Notes: generated from the letters alone by a model not told the origin. A DNA stretch of 64,000 nucleotides from Alphaproteobacteria bacterium (GCA_016869645.1 VGDO01000002.1:15479-79478); one strand, 5' to 3'; positions 10,331 to 20,090 are shown, counted from the stretch's first letter. A program made the numbers and translations.

Positions 10331-11317
10331 CTATTTGCGCGAGAAGTACTTGTCAAAGGTCTCGAGGCTCTTGGTGCGGTCGGTGGCGGCGCTGACCGTG
10401 TCGTAGGCGACCACCTTGATGGCCGAGACCGGAGTGAGGCCCGGCGGCGGCGCCACGTCCTTGCGTGCCGAGCGGCGCTTGTCGACCTGGACGAGGATCT
10501 CGTGCGCCTGCTTGGAGCTGATGAAGTCGAGGAACTTCTTCGCGGTCGCCGGATTGGGGCCGCCCTTGATGATGCCGTTGGCATCGATGATGAGCGCAGT
10601 GCCGTCGGCGGGATAGACCGCTTCGACCGCGAAGCCCTCTTCCTTTGATTGGAGGATGTTGAACTCGCTGGTGAGTCCGATGGGCATCTCGCCCTTGGCG
10701 ACGTTTTGGAACGCCAGCTTTGAGCTCGGCACGAAGGTGGCGTTGGCGATGATCTTCTCCATAACGTCCCAGCCGTGCATCTTCACGATTTGGTGCATCT
10801 GTGAGTAGGCCGAGCCGGACTGGGCCGGGTTGGCCATGAGTATCTTGCCCTTGAACTCGGGTTTGGCCAGATCCGTCCAGGTCTTCGGCGCCTTGTCCAA
10901 CGGCATCATCTTGGTGTTGACGATGAACGCCTGGAAGTTGGTGGAGAAGCCGTAGTACTTGCCGTCCTTATGCTGAGCATCGGCGCTGAATGCCGACGCT
11001 TCCGGAGACTTGTAGCCCTCGAACAAGTCGAGTGCCACGTCGAACACGTCGGCGTCGGGTCCGACGAAGACATCGCCGCGCGGATTGTTGCGCTCGGCAC
11101 GGATCCGCGTCAGCAGCTCGCCGCTGCCGCCGCTGACCACTTGCACGGTCGTGCCCGGATTCTGCTTCTGGAAGGCGTCGACATAGGCCTGCATGACCTT
11201 CGTGCTGATCGTGTTGTAGACCACGACGGTATCCGCCGCGAGGGCGCCGGTGGCCGACAATGCGGCGAGCGCTGCGCCGGCCAATGCATTCTTCAGCCAA
11301 TGTGCATGCCTGGACAT
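10331..11317 (-). CDS. ABC transporter substrate-binding protein (FbpA/AfuA-like)
   Basis: GGGAGG RBS before ATG 11317; signal peptide (ALSATGALAA); GGSGELLTRIRAE, KTWTDL, ANPAQSGSAY. Confidence 0.87.
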   Translation of the reverse strand: MSRHAHWLKNALAGAALAALSATGALAADTVVVYNTISTKVMQAYVDAFQKQNPGTTVQVVSGGSGELLTRIRAERNNPRGDVFVGPDADVFDVALDLFEGYKSPEASAFSADAQHKDGKYYGFSTNFQAFIVNTKMMPLDKAPKTWTDLAKPEFKGKILMANPAQSGSAYSQMHQIVKMHGWDVMEKIIANATFVPSSKLAFQNVAKGEMPIGLTSEFNILQSKEEGFAVEAVYPADGTALIIDANGIIKGGPNPATAKKFLDFISSKQAHEILVQVDKRRSARKDVAPPPGLTPVSAIKVVAYDTVSAATDRTKSLETFDKYFSRK

Positions 11318-11450
11318 GAATGCCTCCCTTGTTCGTGGTTCCCGTTGCGCGATGGTCCTGGGCAGGCGCTTGCCGTCGCTGCGTGCCGCACGATCTCCCG
11401 TGTGTCTTGTCGACCGGGTTGCTACCATACCGATCCCTGCCGCGGTCGCG

Positions 11451-11479
11451 TTGACGCTCCACCTGCCCGATGCTAAATC
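11451..11479 (+). promoter_or_regulatory. Putative sigma70 promoter of the FadR-xylB operon
   Basis: TTGACG at 11451-11456 and GCTAAATC at 11472-11479 match the alphaproteobacterial -35/-10 (TTGaCg ... GCTANAWC) pattern. Confidence 0.5.
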
Positions 11480-11489
11480 AGCATATTGT

Positions 11490-12323
11490 ATGAGGAATAG
11501 CAAGGCGACCCGCCCGCGCCGACGCGCCGCGACGACGCGGCCGGAGACGGTGCGCGTGCTGACCTTTTCGCGCCGCAGCCTGCACGGCCGCGTCGCCGCC
11601 GAGATCGGCGAGCGGATCGTGCGCGGTCAGCTCAAGCCTGGCGATGTGCTGCCAAACGAAGAGGAATGGAGCCGACGTCTCGGCGTCAGCCGCACCGTGC
11701 TGCGCGAGGCGATCAAGGTGCTCGCTGCGAAGGGCTTGATCGAGTCGCGGCCGAAGACGGGAACCCGCGTCCGTCCGCGCGAGTACTGGAATTTCCTTGA
11801 CCCGGACATGCTGTCCTGGCGCCTGACCGCGCGCGGCCTCGGCGACGACCCGGACGAACTGTTCGAGCTGCGGCGCATGATCGAGCCGGCGGCCTGTGCA
11901 CTGGCGGCCGAGCGCGCCACGCTCGCTCAGCTCGGCGTGCTCGACCAGGCTCTGCGCGGCATGGCCTTTGCGGGCGAGGATGGCGAGCTCTGGGTCGCGC
12001 CCGACCTGCTGTTCCACCAGACGATCCTGCGCATGACCGGCAACGAGTTGATCGCCTCGCTCGCGGCGTTGATCGAAGCGGCGCTGACCATGAGCTTCCG
12101 GCTTTCCAACACGAATCCTGCCGGACAAAGCCACTCGCTGCCGCTGCATCGAGCCGTGGCCGAGGCAATCCGCGCGCGCGACGGAGCGCGTGCGCGTAAG
12201 GCGATGGTGGTCCTGATCAATCGGTCCCAGGACGACGTGCGTCGCGCACTTGCCGCGCGCAAGCCGGCGGTCGTGATCGAATCATCGGCGCAGCGCTCCG
12301 CCGCGGTACGGGCAAAGAGCTGA
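11490..12323 (+). CDS. GntR/FadR family transcriptional regulator (FCD domain)
   Basis: wHTH LPNEEEWSRRLGVSRTVLREAIKVL, ELFELRRMIEP, DLLFH and GNELI; start uncertain (ATG 11490 or GTG 11550). Confidence 0.9.
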   Translation: MRNSKATRPRRRAATTRPETVRVLTFSRRSLHGRVAAEIGERIVRGQLKPGDVLPNEEEWSRRLGVSRTVLREAIKVLAAKGLIESRPKTGTRVRPREYWNFLDPDMLSWRLTARGLGDDPDELFELRRMIEPAACALAAERATLAQLGVLDQALRGMAFAGEDGELWVAPDLLFHQTILRMTGNELIASLAALIEAALTMSFRLSNTNPAGQSHSLPLHRAVAEAIRARDGARARKAMVVLINRSQDDVRRALAARKPAVVIESSAQRSAAVRAKS

Positions 12324-12325
12324 AC

Positions 12326-13108
12326 ATGGCGGGTCCTGTCGAGGTCGAAACCGCGATCTACCCCAGCCTGCGCGGCAAGGTGGTATTCATCACGGGCGGC
12401 GGTTCCGGCATCGGTGCCAGCATCGTCGAGCATTTTTGCGCCCAGCGCTGCGAGGTGGCGTTCGTGGACATTGCCGTTGCCGAGGCGACGTCATTGGTCG
12501 ATCGCATCGCGGCGCGGGGATTGCCGCGGCCGCTCTTCGTCCAGTGCGACCTGCGCGATATCGCGGCGCTGCAGGCAGCGATCGATCGCGTCGGGCGCGA
12601 GCTCGGGACGATCCGCGTGCTCGTCAATAATGCCGGCAACGACGACCGCCACCATTTCGCCAAGGTCACGCCCGACTACTGGGACGATCGCGTCGCCGTC
12701 AATCTCCGTCACCAGTTCTTCGCCGCGCAGGCCGTCCATGCCGGCATGAAAGCAGCGGGCGGCGGATCGATCATCAATTTTGGCTCGATCAGCTGGATGA
12801 ACGCCGAGGGTGGATACGCCGCCTACACCGCCAGCAAGGCAGCGGTGCACGGATTGACGCGCAGCCTGGCGCGCGATTTCGGCCCCGACAACATCCGGGC
12901 CAACACGGTCGTGCCGGGCTGGATCATGACCGAGCGCCAGATCAAGCTCTGGCTCGACGAGTCGGGCGAGCGCCAGATCCAGGAAAATCAGTGCTTGAAG
13001 GAAAAGCTCTATCCGCCGGATATCGCGCGCATGGTGCTCTTCCTCGCTGCTGACGACAGCCGGTTGTGTACGGCGCAGAACTTCGTCGTGGACGCGGGTT
13101 GGACATGA
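12326..13108 (+). CDS. xylB: SDR family sugar dehydrogenase, D-xylose 1-dehydrogenase-like
   Basis: AIYPSLRGKVVFITGGGSGIG, NNAGNDDRH, VNLRHQFFA and YxxxK (YTASK) resemble Caulobacter XylB. Confidence 0.75.
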   Translation: MAGPVEVETAIYPSLRGKVVFITGGGSGIGASIVEHFCAQRCEVAFVDIAVAEATSLVDRIAARGLPRPLFVQCDLRDIAALQAAIDRVGRELGTIRVLVNNAGNDDRHHFAKVTPDYWDDRVAVNLRHQFFAAQAVHAGMKAAGGGSIINFGSISWMNAEGGYAAYTASKAAVHGLTRSLARDFGPDNIRANTVVPGWIMTERQIKLWLDESGERQIQENQCLKEKLYPPDIARMVLFLAADDSRLCTAQNFVVDAGWT

Positions 13109-13977
13109 GCGAGCAGGCAAGCTGCATCTGGCCAGCCGGCGCCGTTCTCGGCGAGGGACCGCTCTGGCACCCGCGTGAAAAACGCCTCTATTGGGTCGAC
13201 ATCAAACAGCCTGCCGTCCACGCTATCAATCCCGCCACCGGAGCCCGGCGGAGCTGGCCGATGCCAGAAGACATCGGCTGCATTGTGCCCAGGCGCGGCG
13301 GCGGCTTCATTGCCGGCTTGAAGACCGGCTTTGCGCGCATCGATCTCGATCGCGGCAGCATTGAGCGCATCGGCAATCCTGAACCCGACCAGCCGGGCAA
13401 TCGCTTCAATGACGGCAAGTGCGACGGCGCTGGGCGATTTTGGGCGGGCACGATGGACGATCAGGTCAAGCGGCCGACCGGCTGGCTCTATTGTCTCGAC
13501 ACGCAGGGGAAATGGACACGGCGTGACGGCCCCTATCCTTGCACCAACGGCCCGGCGTTCAGCCCGGATGATCGGACGCTCTATCATACGGACACGATGG
13601 GGCGTACGGTCTATGCCTTCGATCTCGGGGCCGACGGCACGCCGAGCCGCAAACGCGCATTTGTCCGCTTCGCCGAGGTGGATGGCTATCCCGACGGCAT
13701 GACCGTGGACTCCGGGGGATGTGTCTGGGTCGCCCATTGGGGCGGCTGGCGCGTCACGCGCTTTCGGCCAGACGGCACTGCGGAGCGCACGATCCGGCTG
13801 CCCGTGGCGCAGGTGACGAGTTGTGCCTTCGGCGAAGAAGATCTGCGCACGCTCTACATCACAACCGCGTCGACCGGTCTGTCCTGGGCAGAGCGCGAAG
13901 CCCAGCCGCTTGCCGGAGGCTTGTTTGCCGTTCGCACCGATACGGCTGGACTGGAGTGCCGCTTCTATGGCGGCTGA
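13105..13977 (+). CDS. xylC: SMP-30/gluconolactonase family protein (xylonolactonase-like)
   Basis: LGEGPLW, NRFNDG, TNGPAFSPD, GYPDGMTVD; ATGA overlap with xylB-like gene. Confidence 0.75.
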   Translation: MSEQASCIWPAGAVLGEGPLWHPREKRLYWVDIKQPAVHAINPATGARRSWPMPEDIGCIVPRRGGGFIAGLKTGFARIDLDRGSIERIGNPEPDQPGNRFNDGKCDGAGRFWAGTMDDQVKRPTGWLYCLDTQGKWTRRDGPYPCTNGPAFSPDDRTLYHTDTMGRTVYAFDLGADGTPSRKRAFVRFAEVDGYPDGMTVDSGGCVWVAHWGGWRVTRFRPDGTAERTIRLPVAQVTSCAFGEEDLRTLYITTASTGLSWAEREAQPLAGGLFAVRTDTAGLECRFYGG

Positions 13978-13996
13978 TGCGAGGAGTGGAGGAAAA

Positions 13997-14629
13997 GTGC
14001 GGACGACGGTCGTGTTCGATCTCGGCGGGGTGCTGATCAGCTGGAACCCGCGCAATCTCTATCGCAAGCTGTTTCCCGGCGACGATGCGGCCATGGAGCA
14101 ATTCCTCGGCACCATCTGCACCCAGGACTGGAACGAAAGGCAGGATGCTGGCCGCTCATTTGCCGAGGCGGAGGCCGAGCTGATCGCGCTCCATCCGTCC
14201 AAAGCCGAGCTGATCCGCGCCTTCGGCAGCCGCTTTGACGAGATGATCCCGGGTGCTCTCGACGATGTCGTCGCCATCCTTGCCGAGCTCAAGCAGCGCC
14301 GCGTGCCGCTGTTTGCCCTGTCCAACTGGTCGGCTGAGACCTTTCCGCCGCAGCGCCGGCGCTTTCCCTTCCTCGGCTGGTTCGAGGGCATCGTCGTTTC
14401 GGGCGAAGAGGGCGTGATCAAACCCGACCAACGCATCTTCGAGCGCCTGGTCCAGCGCTATCGTGTGCGTCCGGAGACTGCTGTCTTCATCGACGACAAT
14501 CCCGGCAATGCCGAGGCCTCGGCGCGACTGGGATTCCACGGCATCCACTTCACTTCGGCCACCGCCCTCCGCACTGAGCTCGCCTCACTCGGCCTGCTGC
14601 CCTCTGCCGGGCACGCCGCCGCGTCATGA
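13997..14629 (+). CDS. HAD family phosphatase
   Basis: FDLGGV motif I, LSNW, KPD, FIDD; GGAGG RBS before GTG 13997. Confidence 0.88.
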   Translation: MRTTVVFDLGGVLISWNPRNLYRKLFPGDDAAMEQFLGTICTQDWNERQDAGRSFAEAEAELIALHPSKAELIRAFGSRFDEMIPGALDDVVAILAELKQRRVPLFALSNWSAETFPPQRRRFPFLGWFEGIVVSGEEGVIKPDQRIFERLVQRYRVRPETAVFIDDNPGNAEASARLGFHGIHFTSATALRTELASLGLLPSAGHAAAS

Positions 14630-15624
14630 TGCAGTTTGCGTTGATCGGCGCGGGCTTCATCGGGCCCGTGCACGCCGCCAACATCGCTGCCCATCCGCGC
14701 GCTCAGCTGCGCTATGTGGTCGACCTCAACCGCGACGCTGCTTCGCGAGTTGCCGGCCAGCATGGCGCCGCGATCGCAGATTCACTCGACGTGGTGCTCG
14801 CCGACGCGAAGCTCGACGCGGTCGTGATCTGTACGCCGCCGCGCAGCCATGCCGCAATCATCGAGGCGGCGGCGCGGGCCGGGAAGGCGATCTTCTGCGA
14901 GAAACCGATCGACCTGGACATCGTCAAAGTCGACGCCTGCGGCGCCGTGTTGCGCAAGACCGGCGTGCCGTTTTTCGTCGGCTTCAACCGGCGTTTCGAT
15001 CCGACCCACAGCGCGCTGCACGAGGCGCTTCGCCGCGGCGATCTCGGCCGCGCCGAGATGGTCATCGTGTCGAGCCGTGACCCCGAGATCTCGCCACCCG
15101 ACTATGTGGCAGCCATGCCCTACGGCATCTTTTACGACACCATGATCCACGATTTCGACATGGTGCGCTGGCTGACCCGGGACGAGCCGGTTGAGGTCTA
15201 TGCGCGCACCTCGGTGATGCTCGACGAGAAGATCAATCCGGTGCGCGATCCCGACACGGCCATGGTCACGCTGGTGCTGGCCGGCGGCGCGCTGGTCCAC
15301 GTCAACTCCAGTTTCCGCGCGGTCTATGGCTACGACCAGCGCATCGAGGTATTCGGCGAGAAAGGCATGCTGATCTCGCGCAACCAGCAGCCGACCTCGC
15401 TCGAACGCCACGGCGCGGACGGCATCCACCAGGCACCACTCCACTATTTCTTCATCCAGCGCTACGTCCAGGCCTATGCGGCCGAGCTCGATCATTTCGT
15501 GACATCGGTCGAGACGTGCCAACCGCCATCGATCGGCTTCGAGGACGGTCGGCGCGCCCTGGCGATCGCCTATGCCGCCATGGAGTCGGCGAAGAGCGGC
15601 AGGCCGGTCGCGCTGCCGCGATAG
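14626..15624 (+). CDS. iolG: Gfo/Idh/MocA oxidoreductase, inositol 2-dehydrogenase-like
   Basis: GAGFIG, CEKP, GFNRRFD, SSRDP, DTMIHDFD, YGYDQRIE. Confidence 0.7.
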   Translation: MMQFALIGAGFIGPVHAANIAAHPRAQLRYVVDLNRDAASRVAGQHGAAIADSLDVVLADAKLDAVVICTPPRSHAAIIEAAARAGKAIFCEKPIDLDIVKVDACGAVLRKTGVPFFVGFNRRFDPTHSALHEALRRGDLGRAEMVIVSSRDPEISPPDYVAAMPYGIFYDTMIHDFDMVRWLTRDEPVEVYARTSVMLDEKINPVRDPDTAMVTLVLAGGALVHVNSSFRAVYGYDQRIEVFGEKGMLISRNQQPTSLERHGADGIHQAPLHYFFIQRYVQAYAAELDHFVTSVETCQPPSIGFEDGRRALAIAYAAMESAKSGRPVALPR

Positions 15625-15625
15625 T

Positions 15626-16696
15626 TTAGAGCCGCGGCAGCACCGCCAAGCCGGAAAGCCTGAATGAGATGTGGACGTCGGTTCCGCTGGCGCGCGGGCG
15701 GTCGACGTCGTGGTCCACGACGAACAAGGCGCCAGCGGCGGTCTCGATCGTGTACTCCATGTGATCGCCGAGGAAGAGCGCACGGACGATCCGGCCGGGC
15801 AGAACCGGCGTTGCCGGCTGGCCGGCATCGATGTGGATCGCCTCCGGCCGAATGGCGATCTGCACTGGGCCCTGGGTCAGGCCACGGTGCGGCAAGCGCA
15901 GCTCGATGTCGCCCAATGAGACGACCGCGCCGACCTCATCACGACGGAGCAGATTTGCGTCCACGACGTTGGCCTCGCCGACGAAGCCGGCGATGAAACG
16001 GCTGGCCGGTTCGCGGTACAGGTCGCGCGGCGAGCCCTGTTGGGCGATGCGCGCCTGGTCCATGACGATGATGCGATCCGACACCGCGAGCGCCTCGGTC
16101 TGATCGTGCGTCACATAAACCGCGGTCAATCCCAGACGTTGCTGCAGGTCGCGGATCTCGTCGCGCACGCGCCGGCGCAGCCGCGCGTCGAGATTGCTGA
16201 GCGGCTCGTCGAACAGCAGCACGGCCGGGTGCAGCACGATCGCGCGCGCCACGGCGACGCGCTGTTGCTGACCGCCGGATAGTTCGCTGGGCAGCCGATC
16301 CTCGAGCCCGGCGAGGCCGATCATATCGAGCGCCTCGCGCACGGCCCGGTCGGCCTGAGACCGCGCCTGGCCGCCGGCGACCAGCCCGTAGGCGACATTG
16401 CGCAGCACCGACATATGCGGAAACAAGGCATAGGACTGGAACACCATCGACACGTCGCGCGCGGTCGGCGGGCGCTGCGTGACGTCCGTGCCATCGATCA
16501 GGATCGTGCCCTCGCTCGCAATCTCCAAGCCGGCGATCAGGCGAAGCGTCGTGGTCTTGCCGCAGCCGGACGGCCCGAGCAGTGTCACCATCGCACCCTT
16601 GTCGATGGTGAAGGACACGGAATCGACGGCGACGACCGCGCCGTATCGCTTGGTGACGGCGCGAAACTCGACAGCCGGTGCAGCGGACGCACTCAT
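15626..16696 (-). CDS. ABC transporter ATP-binding protein (FbpC/AfuC-like)
   Basis: True start is ATG 16696, overlapping the permease stop; GPSGCGKTT, LSGGQQQR, FDEPLSNLD. Confidence 0.92.
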   Translation of the reverse strand: MSASAAPAVEFRAVTKRYGAVVAVDSVSFTIDKGAMVTLLGPSGCGKTTTLRLIAGLEIASEGTILIDGTDVTQRPPTARDVSMVFQSYALFPHMSVLRNVAYGLVAGGQARSQADRAVREALDMIGLAGLEDRLPSELSGGQQQRVAVARAIVLHPAVLLFDEPLSNLDARLRRRVRDEIRDLQQRLGLTAVYVTHDQTEALAVSDRIIVMDQARIAQQGSPRDLYREPASRFIAGFVGEANVVDANLLRRDEVGAVVSLGDIELRLPHRGLTQGPVQIAIRPEAIHIDAGQPATPVLPGRIVRALFLGDHMEYTIETAAGALFVVDHDVDRPRASGTDVHISFRLSGLAVLPRL

Positions 16697-18876
16697 GCAG
16701 CCCCCTGCGCGACCACGCTGGCGTCGCGCCGTCCGATTTGCCGCTCGCCGACCAGCGCCTCGATACCGAGAATGACGCTGAGCATGAGCACGATCAGCAC
16801 CGAGGCGTAGGCGATCGCCATGCCGTAGGTGCCGGCCTCGGCAAGGTTCACGATGTAGACGGTCGACAGCATGATGCCCGGGCTGACCAGGAAGATCACT
16901 GCGCTGACGGTCGTCATCGCCGTGACGAAGCCATAGACGAGCCCGGCGATGATCGCGGGCCGCATGAGCGGCACGACGATCAGCCGCAGCGTCGCCATGG
17001 TACCGGCCCGGAGCGTGATCGATGCCTCTTCCAGGCTGCGGTCGATTTGCGCGAGACCGGCCGAGCCGGCGCGCACGCCTGGTCCCATGTTGCGCACGAT
17101 GAAGCTGAGCACGACGATCGCGCCGGTCTGGACCAGTTCGAGCGGCGGGTTGTTGAAGGCCAGGATATAGGCGATGCCGAGCACCGTGCCGGGCACGGCG
17201 CCGGCGATCAGCGTGCCGACCTCGAAAGTTCGGCGCCCGGCGAAGCGCTGACGCTCGAGCAGGTAGGCGGTGACGAGACCGATCAGCGCCGTCAGTGGTG
17301 CAGCGATCAGGGCGAGCCGCAAGGTGGTCAACAGCGAATCCCACGCTTGACCCTTCAGGCGCAATCCCGCCGGACCCCATTCCAGGCCGAAGGCCCCGGC
17401 ATAGTGGCGAAGCGTGACGGCATGGTTGAGGCCCCAATTCTCGACGAAGCCGCCGAACAGGATCATGGCGTAGATGACGATCGTGAGCGCGGCCCAGGGC
17501 AACGCGATCCCGGCGGCGGCAACCCGCACGAAGCCGGGCAGGGGCGCCGCGATGCCAGTTTGCCCCTTGCCCGCGATGGTGACGAAGGCCTTGTTTGCCA
17601 GCATCGAGCGCTGAATCAGGAAGACGGTGAGCATGGCGGCAAGCAGGATCATGCCGAGCACCGCGGCGACGCCGCGATCCTGACGCGCACCGACGATGGC
17701 AAAGTAGATGCTGGTCGCCAGCACTTCGGTGTCGCCACCGAGCAGCAAGGGATTGCCGAAATCGGCGAGACTCTCGATGAATCCGATGAGAAATGCGTTG
17801 GCGATGCCGGGCAGCGCAAGCGGCAGCGTGATCGTGGCAAACACGCGGGCGCGGCTTGCCTTCAAGGTCTGCGCTGCTTCCTCCAGGGCCGGATTGATCC
17901 CCTGCACGACGCCGACCAGCACGAGATACGCGATTGGCGTGAAGGACAAGGTCTGGGCGAACCAGACGCCTTGAAATCCGTAGATCCACCGGCTGGGCTC
18001 GATGGCGAATGCCCACTCCAATAGCCGGTTGACCGCGCCGTTGCGGCCCATCAGCAGGATCACCGCGAGACCGACGACGAAGGGCGGCGTGATGATCGGC
18101 AGGATCGACAGCGTGCGCAGCACCCTGCGCATCGGCAACGTCGATCGCTCGGTCACCAGCGCGAAGGCGAATGCCAGCAGCGTGGATGACGCAGCGCTGG
18201 CGAGGCCGAGCAGGATGGTCGTCGGTACGATGCCTCGCCACGACCAGATGCGCGGATCGATCAGGCGTTGCCACAGCAGCTCCGGGGCGAAGACGCCGCG
18301 CGGTGTCTGTACCGCACTAAGTCCGAGGCGGACGAGAGGATAGAAGACGAACAGGGATATGACTGCAACGACGAGGCCTAGGCCGCAGGTCACCGTCGTA
18401 TCGCCACCGCAGGCGCCGCGCGCCGCCAGGCCACAACAGACCATCATGAGCGCCGCAAGTCCGTAGATCCAGGCCCCGGCGCCGAAGCCTGCATTGCGAC
18501 GCGGCAGTGGCCCGAACCACTCGGCCGGCAGCTGCCATGTCCAGCCGCGCAGATCAATCGAGAGCGCCAGCACCAGCAGCAGGGCAAGACCCAGCGATCC
18601 TGCCGCGACGAGCCAGCTGCCGCCACGCCGACGCGATGATGCGCCGATTGCCGCGGGCATCGCCAACAGCAGTGGCAGCGCGAGTAACAGCAGCCACGGC
18701 CGGCCAAGCGCCACGCCCTGGATCAACGCAGGTGCGCCGGCGACGGTGCCGTACTGTCCGATCCAAGCGAAGGCAAAGAAGCCTGGATCGTCGCCGTTCC
18801 AAGGGAGCAGGAGGAACGCGACCCAGCCGAGGATGGGCCAAATCGCGGTCGGGCGGTCGGGCCTCAGCGGCTGCAC
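16693..18876 (-). CDS. Fe(III)/sugar-phosphate ABC transporter permease (AfuB-like, long N-terminal TM extension)
   Basis: ILPIITPPFV, LEEAAQTL, ESLADFGNP, LEEASITL; 727 aa. Confidence 0.88.
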   Translation of the reverse strand: MQPLRPDRPTAIWPILGWVAFLLLPWNGDDPGFFAFAWIGQYGTVAGAPALIQGVALGRPWLLLLALPLLLAMPAAIGASSRRRGGSWLVAAGSLGLALLLVLALSIDLRGWTWQLPAEWFGPLPRRNAGFGAGAWIYGLAALMMVCCGLAARGACGGDTTVTCGLGLVVAVISLFVFYPLVRLGLSAVQTPRGVFAPELLWQRLIDPRIWSWRGIVPTTILLGLASAASSTLLAFAFALVTERSTLPMRRVLRTLSILPIITPPFVVGLAVILLMGRNGAVNRLLEWAFAIEPSRWIYGFQGVWFAQTLSFTPIAYLVLVGVVQGINPALEEAAQTLKASRARVFATITLPLALPGIANAFLIGFIESLADFGNPLLLGGDTEVLATSIYFAIVGARQDRGVAAVLGMILLAAMLTVFLIQRSMLANKAFVTIAGKGQTGIAAPLPGFVRVAAAGIALPWAALTIVIYAMILFGGFVENWGLNHAVTLRHYAGAFGLEWGPAGLRLKGQAWDSLLTTLRLALIAAPLTALIGLVTAYLLERQRFAGRRTFEVGTLIAGAVPGTVLGIAYILAFNNPPLELVQTGAIVVLSFIVRNMGPGVRAGSAGLAQIDRSLEEASITLRAGTMATLRLIVVPLMRPAIIAGLVYGFVTAMTTVSAVIFLVSPGIMLSTVYIVNLAEAGTYGMAIAYASVLIVLMLSVILGIEALVGERQIGRRDASVVAQGAA

Positions 18877-18916
18877 CGCTCCGCCGTCTCGTCGCCGCGC
18901 GCGGGCCGCGTGGCGC

Positions 18917-19954
18917 CTACTTCGGCGCCGTTTTCACTTCCTTCTCGAAGCGGCCGAGAATGCGGTTGCGCGCATCCTCGCTCGCGAACTTGAACAGGTC
19001 GTAGTCCATCAACTTCACCTGCTCCGGGCGCGGGGCCAGCGGGTGCAGCTTGGCGTTCTTGTTCGACTGGATCTGGAACTTGTTCTGATCGAAAGAGACG
19101 TTCTGCCCGTCGACGCCGAGCGCGAAGTCGACCCACTTCTTGGCGCCTTCGAGATTGCGCGCGTCCTTGACAATGGCCACTCCCTGCATCTCGAAGCCGG
19201 TGCCTTCGCAGGGCGGCACCGTCTTGACCGGGAAACCCTGGACGGCCTGCGCGACGGAGTCGTGCAGGAACGCCACGCCGAGCGTGGTCTCGCCGCGGCC
19301 GGCGGCGCGGATACCGGCGGTGCCCGAGCGCGTGTACTGGTTGATGTTCTTGTGCAGGGCCTTGAGGTAGTCGAAGCCTTTGTCCTCGCCCATGAGCTGC
19401 AGGATGGTCGTCACCATCGTATAGGCGGTGCCCGAAGTCGACGGGTCAGCCATCTGGATCTCGTTCTTGTAGGCCGGGTTGGTCAGATCGGCCCAGCACT
19501 TCGGCTCCGGCATGTTCTTCTTGGCCGCCAGGTCGCTGTTGTAGCCGAAGCCGATCAGGCCGGTATAGATCGGCGTCAGCGCGTACTTGTTGGCCTCGGC
19601 GAACTTGACCGCCCAATCGTGCAACTCGGCAACTTTGGGTGACTTGTAGGCTTCGATGAAACCGTCCTTGATCATGATCGCCGCCGTGTCCGCGCCGGCG
19701 GAGTGCCAGATGTCGAAGCGCGGGTTGCCCGCTTCGGCGCGCATCTGCGCCATGATCTCACCGTCGGTCTTGCGCGTGACGGCCGCCTTCATCCCGGTGG
19801 TTGCTTCGAACCTGGCACGCAGCGCCTCGCACCACTCGAGCTCGAAGGCACAATTGACGACGACCTGCTGGGCATGGGCTGACGCGGCGCCCAGAAGAAT
19901 GACGGGGAGCACGGATGCTGCACGCGCAGCATCGGCGAACTTGCGAACGATCAT
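18917..19954 (-). CDS. ABC transporter substrate-binding protein (AfuA-like)
   Basis: Signal peptide ending AHA; PKCWADL, MADPSTSGTAY, QYTRSG, FLHD, PCEGTGFE resemble AfuA sugar-phosphate binding proteins. Confidence 0.85.
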   Translation of the reverse strand: MIVRKFADAARAASVLPVILLGAASAHAQQVVVNCAFELEWCEALRARFEATTGMKAAVTRKTDGEIMAQMRAEAGNPRFDIWHSAGADTAAIMIKDGFIEAYKSPKVAELHDWAVKFAEANKYALTPIYTGLIGFGYNSDLAAKKNMPEPKCWADLTNPAYKNEIQMADPSTSGTAYTMVTTILQLMGEDKGFDYLKALHKNINQYTRSGTAGIRAAGRGETTLGVAFLHDSVAQAVQGFPVKTVPPCEGTGFEMQGVAIVKDARNLEGAKKWVDFALGVDGQNVSFDQNKFQIQSNKNAKLHPLAPRPEQVKLMDYDLFKFASEDARNRILGRFEKEVKTAPK

Positions 19955-20090
19955 GGCGAATCCCCCTGCAATCGCGCTCCGATGGCGCAACTTCGTCAGA
20001 AAGCATGGCACGACAAGCCCCTTGCGGTAAGTGCCAAAATGCCCGTCAAATCGCGCCTTACGGCAAGCTGACGGAAGAATTTGGGGCGGT

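Noticed and set aside
15626-18274. 882-aa ORF that looks like an ATPase with a large N-terminal fusion
   Set aside because: The N-terminal part is an alternate frame of the permease; the true start is ATG 16696. The same artefact affects 2244-4031, 31520-33211, 37549-39648 and 47915-49618.
20006-20037. TGGCAC elements on both strands suggesting sigma54 promoters
   Set aside because: The GG to GC spacing does not fit the required GG-N10-GC on either strand.
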